Shown here: one piece after another, positions 25,629 to 34,838 of the stretch
How positions within the stretch are numbered: position 1 is the first letter of the stretch
Layout: each line of letters opens with the position of its first letter
Notes under the pieces: model-generated
The model's database searches: none
What the model was told of the DNA's origin: nothing
What the model saw: only the letters and a program-made list of their open reading frames with translations
Made by a program: the position numbers and the translations under genes
Assembly: GCF_009834535.1 (NCBI RefSeq)
Contig: NC_045707.1
Location: forward strand, 57,476,001-57,540,000
Origin: Camelus ferus
Taxonomy: Eukaryota
DNA length: 64,000 bases
Direction: 5' to 3'

Positions 25629-25636
25629 TGGCAAGA
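25629..25636 (-). promoter_or_regulatory. MYF5: miR-31-5p 8mer target site (UCUUGCCA) in MYF5 3' UTR
   Basis: + strand tggcaaga = mRNA UCUUGCCA, complementary to miR-31 seed GGCAAGA with A opposite position 1. miR-31 repression of Myf5 via its 3' UTR is established in mouse. Confidence 0.8.
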
Positions 25637-25766
25637 TAATATTTACAAATTTACAATTGAGAGGAAATGCTTATGTACAGGTTGTCTTGCTTTTGGACTC
25701 TTGCGGCCTTCTTCCTCCTGTGTCATAGGCCCTCCTGGTGGAACTCATCTAGGCTAGATTTTTAGT

Positions 25767-25957
25767 TCATAGCACATGATAGATGAGCCTGGAACTAGAA
25801 GCCCCTGGAGTTGCAGGCTGAGAATCGGTGCTGGCAACTGGGGAGAGAGAGGCCGGGTCCTGGAGAGGCAATCCAGGTTGCTCTGAGTTGGTGATCCGAT
25901 CCACTATGCTGGATAAGCAATCCAAGCTGGATAAGGAGCTTTTATCTGTGGCATATA
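25767..25957 (-). CDS. MYF5: Myogenic factor 5, coding exon 3 (191 nt incl. TGA)
   Basis: Acceptor ...gtatccttag, then (V)[62 protein letters not shown]. Contains the MRF helix III motif [13 protein letters not shown]. Confidence 0.97.
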
Positions 25958-26380
25958 CTAAGGATACAAGGAGAAAGCCATTAAAAAAAAAAATCCCCCA
26001 ATAGATTGACTTGCTTATGTTGCCCCTTAAAATTGTAGGTCAGCATCTTTGAAACCCAGAGGTCAGGTGGTCACAGAAAGCCTGATACAGAAATTTGCAA
26101 CAAGTATGTAGCAGTTCATGAGGATGAAGGTGGGGAGTGGAGAAACACCCTGGTAATGTTTCTAGCAAAAGCAGTTATGTTAGTGTGTGTGCATGGGTGT
26201 ATCCGTTAGGGAATTTTGAGCAGAAGATATGTGTTTATTTTGCTCTGCCAAAATCTCCCCATAAAAACCATCACTTCTATTCTCTTCCTGATACTGCCTG
26301 AGAGAATAGACCCTGCTTTGATAGGCTGAATTGTGAAGCTGAACTAGTCTTTAAACTCCTCTGCAGTCATCAATTCTTAC

Positions 26381-26456
26381 CATTTGGTACATCAGGACAG
26401 TAGACGCTGTCAAAACTGCTGCTCTTTCTGGACCAGATAGGGCTGTTACATTCGGG
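26381..26456 (-). CDS. MYF5: Myogenic factor 5, coding exon 2 (76 nt)
   Basis: ag|PECNSPIWSRKSSSFDSVYCPDVPN+G|gtaag. Canonical splice sites, phase consistent with exon 3. Confidence 0.97.
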
Positions 26457-27301
26457 CTATAATCAAAGACAAAAGAAGATGTTTGTGTTAAGGTCTTGGC
26501 CAAAGATGCCCTGACTTAGGGTAAGGCAGTTTTTACCCATGAGCTCCGTAAATTGGCCACTCTCAATCACCCTCATTGCTTGATTTAGGAAGGGCTAGCC
26601 CTCACCAAATTGCAAGGGCACTGAGGTCAATCTCTGCGCTTGGAGAAGAGGAGAGAGCAGCAAAAGGAAGAGGGGGGTGGAGTTCAGCAGCAATGTGCAT
26701 TGGGTTAACCATGCAAAATGGATTGGAGTAGAAGGAAGCCACACTAATTCAGAGAGAGAACACTTTCCCAGGGCAAAAACACATTAAAACCTGGCAGCGT
26801 TGAAGCAAACGCTCTCTGAAAAGAATGCATCAACATCTTCCAGCCAGGCCTCAGCAGAACAGGGACTGACTGGGGCCATGCGGGTATTTCTTTACATTTC
26901 TTCATTAAACTACAAACTGTGGGACAGTGGGAGCCTCAGACAGTTGCCTGTGGATGTTAGTGTATTACAGGGTCCACTGGTGGTATATATTGGAAGTAAA
27001 CTGATTAATGGAGAAAACATCTCATTGATCATTCATAGCCACCTATCTCATATGACAACCCCCTCCTACAGTGTACACCTAGAACTTGGTCGGAAGTCAA
27101 ATTAAAGCCTATTCAGCAGCTTTGTTCCTGGCATCTGTCTAAACGTGGCACCTGTCTTTTACCACAACTGCCTCCCTCCCTCACACACCTAACTATTCGT
27201 CAATAACCACTGAATATTTGGTTGCTATACCCGGCTTAAATGAGATGTAAAGATTTTTGGAAAAACTTTGGAGGGCCCACTAGGTACAGAGTATCTCTTA
27301 C

Positions 27302-27803
27302 CATGCCATCAGAGCAGCTGGAGGTGGGGCTCGTGGGCTCGGAGCAGCTCTGCCCCGGCAGGCTGTAATAGTTTTCCACCTGCTCCCTCAACAGCTCCTG
27401 CAGGCTCTCAATGTAGCGGATGGCATTCCTGAGGATCTCCACCTTGGGCAGCCTCTGGTTGGGGTTGGTCGTGGTGCATCTCTTGAGCGTCTCGAAAGCC
27501 TGGTTGACCTTCTTCAGGCGTCTTCGCTCGCGCATGGTGGCCGCCTTCCGCCGATCCATGGTGGTGGACTTCCTCTTGCATGCTTTGCAGGCCCACATGA
27601 GGCAGTGGCCGGCCTGGTGGTGGCCCATAGGTGCTCTCACGTGCTTCATCCTCGTCTGAGCCTTGCAAGTCTGCTTTGTGCGCCCCGAAGGCAGCCACTC
27701 GCGGCTCAAACTCGTCCCCGAACTCGCCCTCAGGGGACGGGATGCAGGAGCCGTCGTAGAAGTACTCAGAAGGCGAGAACTGGCAGCCGTCCATCATGTC
27801 CAT
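27302..27803 (-). CDS. MYF5: Myogenic factor 5, coding exon 1 (bHLH); contains an apparent +1 frameshift at 27645-27646
   Basis: ATG at 27803: [53 protein letters not shown], then in another frame [85 protein letters not shown]...SDGM|gtaag. The exon is 502 nt; 501+76+191=768 nt would give the normal 255-aa protein. Confidence 0.97.
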
Positions 27804-28220
27804 CTTCTGTGGAGGGACAGCCGGTGCACCTGGACAGCAGCGAGATAGATAGGGGAGAAACCGGAGCCTGGCGCCGCTGCGGGCAGGCAAACCCCGGGCG
27901 GAGCTCCCAGGTCGGTTGCTCCGGTAATTAGCAAGGGCAGACGCCTGGCGGCCTGGGTCGGCCGCGCTGGGGTTGGGGCTCTTTATATATTGTTGGGGGA
28001 GGGAGGCCAGCCCCAGTGGCCCGGCACTATTAGCATATCCCACTGCAACCCCCCCGAGGTTGTCTGGGCAGATCTCCGCCTTTCCTCTAGAGACAATTTG
28101 CTGTTTACTGCCCCTTTTGACGCTAATGGTTTTACTGCATTTCTGCTGGGGCGGGGGTGATGGCTCCCCAACCCGCTTACCAGCGCTCTCTAGATTACCC
28201 AAACCTAGGGACGCTTAAAG
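27330..28220. other. CpG island over MYF5 promoter and exon 1
   Basis: Visibly high GC and CpG density against the AT-rich background; not computed. Confidence 0.75.
27982..27989 (-). promoter_or_regulatory. MYF5: MYF5 TATA box (TATATAAA)
   Basis: tttatata on + strand within GC-rich context ~180 nt upstream of the ATG; implies a TSS near 27955. Confidence 0.85.
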
Positions 28221-30258
28221 AGTGTCTCAGACAAAAGCAAAGAAAGAACTCCAACTTTTTACAGTTGTTCTCACATTAAAAAAGATAATTAATAAATACA
28301 ACTCCCCAATTTCAGCTGACACCAAAAGCTGCCCTGCCTTCCCAATCCGGGACATGAGGGGTCTCTTTATTTTTACGTGTTTCTCTTTTTTGTGAACTTT
28401 AATTATGTCAGGAACTTTTTCAGCCAGTGGGCCAGATTAACGGTTGCTAAAAACTTGAAGTGGCACTTTCACTAATGGAGTATATGTAAATTTTTTAAAA
28501 AATCGATTTTGTTCTCATCAGATTGCCATTTTGTAGGCTCTGTGTTATTGGGGGTAAGCAGGGAGGTTCCTTTTCCCCAAGACCGAGCTTGCTCTGAGTT
28601 CTCTTTGTACACCCACAAGGCGTGGGCACAGGAGGGCCAGGTGACCAGGAACATTCCTCCCTCTCTTTCCTGCTTCTGCTTGGGTTTACTGAGCGCCTGT
28701 CCCTTTGCACTAGACCTTTGATGGGCCCTGAGAAAGTGGAGGGTCTGTACTGACTGCGTCTGTAAGATTTGTATCCTCAGAAACCCAGCTTTAGATGGCG
28801 AACTCCCGTTCCAGGGGTACGGCTCCTCGCTCCTTCTCTTTCTGCTCTGCCCTGTCATCTCGACAGACTAAACAGCCAAGCTGGGCTTTGGGGTCGCTAA
28901 TTTTCTGCTTTCAGGCAAACTAACACCGTTACAGATGCGTCCCAGCTGCCGACACAGCAGTCCTTGTCGGCTCGTGTAAAGTTTCCAACTCCTCCAACCC
29001 GAGTAACTTCACACACTTGGGCAACTAAAGCCTTCCACAAAGGCGATCACAGCGGGGTCTTTAAACTTTGGTGGCTAGAAGGCGAGAGGGGAGGGCTGCC
29101 ATTTAAGTGACAATGAACCTATTAATCAGCTTTTGTCAATCCTCCTCCACCCTTACTTAACCCACTACCAAATCACTAGGAGGCGAGGGATGGAGGAGGC
29201 TTGCTGTTTACATGTAGGAAAAGCTGTTACTTCACGTTTACACAAATAGACCTAAGTAATGTGGAGTTTCGGACTAGTGCTTCCAGCTGCATTGAAAGAG
29301 GAGGGAGAGTTCTCACCTCGATCTTCTGTCACACAGTCTGGGAACTGCTGTGACTCAGAACTTACTGGAGCCTAAGGGAGCTTTCTTTTCTGTTAGTTTT
29401 TCCTACAATTATTTTCGGAAAGCAACCCTGGCAGGTAGATCTCTGATTTGCAGAGGCCAGAGAAATATTAACTCTTTCAGGGTGAAATCTGCTTTCCAAA
29501 GTGAAGGCTCCAGAAACCAGTGATGGGAGAGTGTCAGTCACTAGGGTTTGCTACAGATATGCTTATCATTGTCCCCTCTCACAAGTTCTGTCATCCCTCA
29601 GGCAAAGACACTACCACCACCACCATCACCACACATCCCTCGAAAATCAGGCTCCCTTTCATACCAGTGGGCTGCTTAATTGGCCAGTGGGAAATTCATC
29701 TGCACCTTACTAACAAGTGGATGCCTTTGAAATGAATACTTTCCCAGGACTACACCAGATAAAAGAATTGAGTTCCTAAAGGACCCACACAGGCAGATGG
29801 AAACATTCCGAAGCCTACACACTGCTACCTCTGAAACACAGTAGTGGGTAGACATTCCCATCTAGGAATTCTCAGCCAAGTCCCACAGGTTCTGGTCAAC
29901 AGCAGTAGTACCACTTTCTTTGGCTGTGGAATTCAGATGTTTACACGCTGGCCAAAGCTGAAACAGAGTTGTATGCAGACTTCAGATTTGGGCACAAATA
30001 AACTTGCTCCTTCAAGCTGAAGTGGAGGACAGAGGCTATGCTTCTGCTTGCCTTTCAGCTGCTTTCTTTCCACCAGGCACCTAATGTGCCTTTTCCCCCA
30101 ACTGCTCAGCATGGGATATTTGTAGCAAACAATTAAAATGAGTTTTCTACTTGCCCAGCACTGTTCTCAACTCCTTCTGTGAATTCACTCATTTACGACT
30201 TTGGCTTCTAACAATTCTCTGGCAACTGTAACTGGACCTATAATTAAAAGAAGGTAAT

Positions 30259-30435
30259 GGGGGGAGGGTATAGCTCAGTGGTGGAGTGTGTGCTTAGCAT
30301 GGACGAGGTCCTGGGTTCAATCCCCAGTACCTCCGTTAAAATGAGTAAGTAAAATAAGTAAGCCTAATGAATTCCCCCCGCTAAAACAACAGCAACAAAA
30401 GATAAGCAAATAATATATTTTTTTTTTTAAAAGAG
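30259..30435 (+). mobile_element. tRNA-derived SINE (camelid Vic-1-like) with 10-bp target-site duplication
   Basis: GGGGGGAGGGTATAGCTCAGTGGTGGAGTGTGTGCTTAGCATGGACGAGGTCCTGGGTTCAATCCCCAGTACCTCC with intact A/B boxes and an A-rich tail. TSD agaaggtaat at 30249-30258 and 30436-30445. Confidence 0.9.
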
Positions 30436-30444
30436 AGAAGGTAA

Positions 30445-30830
30445 TCGAAGCGCAAAGGGTCAGTCAGTTGCCCCAGGTCCCAGAAAACTGGAAGGTAGGC
30501 ATCCCCTTCTGGAGAGTTTGCGCTCCTGGCGTGAATTGTGTTCGTTTTCTTCTTCAGTCGATTCGGGCTCAGTGCGCGTCGTTAGCGCTCCAGGGCCGAA
30601 ACTCGCAAACGCGGTCCCCGAAGCTTCGCCTCGGCTCCGGGCGGGGAAGACGCTGTCACTCAGGGAGCTCTGTCCGGAACGGTAGCTCTCGGAGGTTGGG
30701 GCTGTCTTTGGTAAGGTGATCGCAAAACAAATTTAGCGGAGAAGCCGCGGGCGAGTGGAACTAAAGAAGCCAAGAAAACACAAGCACCCGGGGGCTTAAT
30801 GGGACTTGCACGGGGTGGGGAACGAGGTCC
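30445..30830. other. Small intergenic CpG-rich island ~2.5-2.9 kb upstream of MYF5
   Basis: Many CpGs (gtgcgcgtcgttagcg, cgcaaacgcgg, gccgcgggcgag) and a GC box gggcgggg at ~30639-30646; no credible ORF. Confidence 0.65.
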
Positions 30831-32323
30831 AGGGTTGAGGACCCTTGGGACCCAAGTGCTGAAAATAGGATCTCAGAGCACCAAAGTTAAAAAACGAGAC
30901 GACACTTTTAAACTCCTGACAGGGGTGAGAGGAGAAAGAGGTAAAAAAATGGGAGGCAGGAGACAAAGAAGGAAGCCAGCGCCTCAGAGATGTCTGGGCT
31001 CCCCGAATTCAGGATAGATTTCCCCTGCTCTTTTCCCAGGAGACACCGTACGAAGGGAAAATGGGGACCTAAGTGACTGAGACAGAGAAGAAAAAATTTT
31101 TGAGTGGGAGGATTGAACAGGGAAGTATGAAAAAACTTAAAATTCACTTTTTAAAAAAGGTCTTTTACAGTGTTTGTCTGGGTGGCCTCTTTTAGTCAAA
31201 ATCAGACGGGTGGCTTTTGTTCCTCTTAGGAAAGAATGAAAATACAATCTGTTTTCCACTGTTTTTTCAGAGAAGTGGGTTTCTTCCATGCAGAGAAAAC
31301 ACAATTGTTTAATATGTAAACAGGTTGTTAGAAATGATATTCCAACAATGAGAGTGTGGTAAGAAAGCGTCGCAGTAGGCAGATCAGGGGAAGAAAGGTC
31401 AGCCTAGCTGGGTGTTATAAATGAATGGCCACTAAGGTTCTGGTGGAATAGATTACGATAGTGTTTTTAATTTTTTTTACATTTTTCGTTTTACATTCTG
31501 AAGAATAATAAACACATGCTTAATTTTCTTACAATTTAGACTTATAAGCAGGTTCTAATGGCAAAGGCCTTTAAGTAATCATCAGCCTTTTTTTATTTTT
31601 AAAAGAATCTATTTTAGTTCAAGCAGTTTGGCAACAATCCTAGTGTTGATGGACAGACCCCACCAGCAAAATGATGCTCAGAGCTTCCTTTTCTAGTGAA
31701 GTTGGCCCACTCTAGGAATTCTGCCTTACTGAAAATTCTCCAGGCTTCTCTTAACAAGAGAAACCAAATATATTTAGGCAGATAAGTTCATTTCAGTTCA
31801 CTTCTGCCCCTACCTGAGACTCTTATCAATTCCTGGGATTGTTCTTGAAATTTTTGCTTATTATATTTGACTTGACAATGTGCTCAATAATTTCAAACTG
31901 CTATTAGCTCTGGGAACCAGGCACACCTAAGTAAACACATTAGTACCTGCCAAAGCTGCTGGAAGAATTTGTGGAGAAGACAGCTGAGGAAGACATTGGC
32001 CTCTGCTTGAATTCGAAGACTCCCAGGAGAGATCAAAGGCCTAAGTAAGGACCTTTAGCAGCCTTGAGAGTAGAGAAAGTAGCCAGTCCTTGAAGCATTA
32101 TCTTTGTTCCAGCACTCGGCGTAGGCATTCCATCTCCCAGGCTGCCTCTGAACTGGCTTGCAAAAATGGCTGTTTCAGAATGAAACGTCTGTGAAGGAGG
32201 CTTACCTTTTCTAACACTGCTTTTGACTTTAAGGGAGTGAGTGGAGGGACCTGTTGGGCAAATATCTTCATGGCTTGGTTCTTTGAGGAAATACCATATT
32301 ATGGCTAAGTTACCAATGCATTT

Positions 32324-32464
32324 TTTTATTGGTGTACAGTGAGGTCCAATGTGTCAATTTCTGGTGTACAGCTCAATGTCCCAGTCATGTGTATACATAC
32401 ATATATTCATTTTCATATTCTTTTTCATTAAAGGTTATTACAAAATATTGAATATAGTTTCCTA
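32324..32464 (-). mobile_element. Severely 5'-truncated L1 3' end (~140 bp) with 13-bp TSD
   Basis: Perfect TSD taccaatgcattt at 32311-32323 and 32465-32477. The insert resembles the 3' terminus of the L1 at 51501 (tttctggtgtaca...ttttcatattctttttcatta..ggttattacaa.atattgaatatagtt). Confidence 0.85.
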
Positions 32465-33449
32465 TACCAATGCATTTAATTAGGACATTCAATGAGACAT
32501 TTTGAAAGTTTAAAATGTTTAAAAAATTTTTTTCCAGATATGGTGTTGTTGGGAGGAAGAAGTCTTGAAATGAATAAATGGGATGAAATATTACTAAGAG
32601 AAAAGCACAGATGAGAAAAAGTCTATCTTTGAGTAAAAAAAAGTTTTAATAAGGACAGAGGTCACTTTAGCAACCCAAGACTTCTCTACCAGTCTCAAGA
32701 GTGGTTAGGAACACTGAATTTCAGCACTACACCTCTAACCCCAAAACACATAAAAGAGTCTGAAAAAAAAATGAGTCTGTTAGACATAAGTGGATTTCCA
32801 CTATGTCCATGCTTGAAACTCAGTGATCCAGGTGTGATGATTAACGTTGGTTTGAGAAAGCTGACATTTGACAATCTACAAATTACTTCTATAGTAACAT
32901 AAAAGAAAGTCACATGTTATTTTATATTTGATAACTTTATGCCTGCCTCTGGAAAGAGGCTCAGTTTAAATCTCAAATTGCTTATCTTTACCAAGTCATT
33001 AACATCTTGATTTTCTGCTTCCGCAGCCCTGTTTGTTTTGGCTTTAGCCTTAGTCAAGATTATCATCATCAATATCAAATAAAAACACTTTAATTGCAAA
33101 CACACCAAGGATTTCATTGGGAAGCCTAACATGTCAGCTACAGCAGAGAAGGTCACATGAAGTCTTCGGGAAATATTTGCTCTATTTAATGAAGAGTCTT
33201 CTGTAGGCAAACTTACTCCAAACAATTTCTCAAGTTACTCAGCTAAAAGAGATAGAGAGGATTTGGTTTGCAAAGACTGAATAAAATCTATCAGCAAGTA
33301 AAGTCCATGAATTGATAAAAGCATTCTGCTGCTGAGCAGTTTATAACACAAATCTTATTATAGATACATGTGCAATTATGAAGTAAAGGTCAGTTGTGAT
33401 ATCTGATTTCAGTTGTGGCATGAATCTGATTTTTGAAAATACAGGTGAA

Positions 33450-33517
<68 letters not shown>

Positions 33518-33521
33518 CACA
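33450..33521. repeat. Compound microsatellite (TG)n(AT)12(AC)n(AT)n
   Basis: Directly visible alternating purine-pyrimidine tract. Confidence 0.95.
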
Positions 33522-34199
33522 TCTTAGGGAAAATCATTATTGAGTCTCAGAAAAAATATAAATATGTATAAGCATAATTAATGGGTCTGCACACCATCGA
33601 GACATTTTAATTCACACGTGTTCTGATTGGATCATTGGAAATGCTTTACCACTTACCTTTTAATTAAACGACTGTTATAATTTGGAGTTTACTGGCTAAT
33701 CACTCTTGAGAAAGAGCTTTTGAGAAACAGTTGTCAAAGAAAGCTAAGTTATTCTGCAAACCACAAATGTTACTTACTTCCCAAGTCTTCTCTTTCAGGA
33801 TGCATGTAAGCAATTCAGAGAGCAAGCTTGAAGCCATTGATGTTGACTTGGCTCCAAGTCTTCCCTCTATACTTAAAAATGCAAGAATCTTTCTGTTCCA
33901 AAGGATCCTTTTCTCATAAGTAACAAGGGGACCTCTCTCACAGGTCTATGTAGGATTATATGAGTTAGTAGGTAAAGTGTTAAGAATGACTCACTCATAT
34001 TGCTGCTCGTCTCTCATCGTTATTAATACTTTCCCAGCCAGAGCCCACAAAAAAAGCTAGAAAACCAAGTCTGAAGGAACTGTGACTTTTGGTAAAAGAA
34101 AAGACTCTTGATGGTCAATTTAGATTCACTAATGAAAAAGAAAAACAGCCGATGACATTTAGTGTTTATTTTGTGACCTGTTTTGGTTAAGCATTTATC

Positions 34200-34345
34200 T
34201 CAGTGACTCTTCACATTCACAGGAGTTAAGCACTCTGATCGTCATCCCCTTTATTTTGTAAATGAGGAAACAGGACGAAAAGAGGGACAGCGATAGCCCC
34301 ACATTTAAGTGGTAGCAACCTGGATTCAATCCAGTTAGCATCACA
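34200..34345 (-). mobile_element. MIR SINE fragment
   Basis: atcccctttattttgtaaatgaggaaacagg...agtggtagcaacctggattcaatccagtt. Confidence 0.55.
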
Positions 34346-34559
34346 GAGGTTAAGCAGTTTGCATCCACTGACACTCCCACCTGCTTCTCTTATACTTTTG
34401 AGGGGGGTTGTATGTCAATGTCAGTTTCCTCTATGAAGCTTTCTGCATTTTAAGAGTATTTTAGGAGAAACTGGAATTATCCACATGCTTAGAAAATTGA
34501 GTAACTGTGATCCCCAGGAAGAGGCCTTTGGAAATGGTAAAGGGACCAGATACTGCTCC

Positions 34560-34578
34560 ACGCCTGCAGGGGGCGCCG
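34560..34578 (+). promoter_or_regulatory. CTCF-like motif between MYF6 and MYF5
   Basis: ACGCCTGCAGGGGGCGCCG versus consensus TGGCCASYAGRKGGCRSYR; the core CCTGCAGGGGGCGC differs at one position. Binding is inferred. Confidence 0.65.
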
Positions 34579-34829
34579 TCCGTGGGGGCAGCAAGGTCCA
34601 GACTGCCCCATTGGGAAGCAAGATTGGGCTGGGAAATGCTGAATTAGATTTGATTTTCACTTTTCTGAACTGAGGACTAGCTGTCAGGAAAAAGAGGGCA
34701 GGAAGCAGTTGAGGATGGGGGTAGGGGGGTGGGTGTTGTGAAGGTGCGGTTTACAGAATGTAAGAGAGAAGTAGCAATTCCAGAGAAATGGCTTGCCCCT
34801 CTCCTCTGCTGCACTTCCCACTGCGATTC

Positions 34830-34838
34830 TTGGTGGTC
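34830..34838 (-). promoter_or_regulatory. MYF5: Variant GLI site GACCACCAA, likely the Myf5 early epaxial enhancer
   Basis: ttggtggtc on + strand, ~6.9 kb upstream of the MYF5 TSS and just 3' of MYF6. Sequence and position match the Shh/GLI-responsive epaxial enhancer known in mouse. Confidence 0.8.

Noticed and set aside
27420..27659. Plus-strand ORF similar to the plus-strand ORF at 37083-37460, suggesting an antisense gene family
   Set aside because: Both are antisense shadows of the paralogous bHLH coding sequences; their similarity follows from MYF5/MYF6 homology.
25767..27803. Calling MYF5 a pseudogene
   Set aside because: Only one lesion; protein sequence, splice sites, promoter and UTR motifs are otherwise conserved. 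A single-base indel is a common assembly error.
27804..28202. 132+ codon N-terminal extension of MYF5 implied by the 264-aa ORF
   Set aside because: It starts at a TTG upstream of the TATA box, so it lies outside the expected mRNA; long open frames are common in GC-rich promoters.
30259..30335. Functional tRNA gene
   Set aside because: tRNA-like head is followed by a SINE tail and flanked by a TSD, and a second diverged copy occurs at 9266-9413.
30660..30685. REST/RE1 site in the orphan CpG island (ggagctctgtccgg)
   Set aside because: Needs a gap to fit the half-site and lacks the other half.
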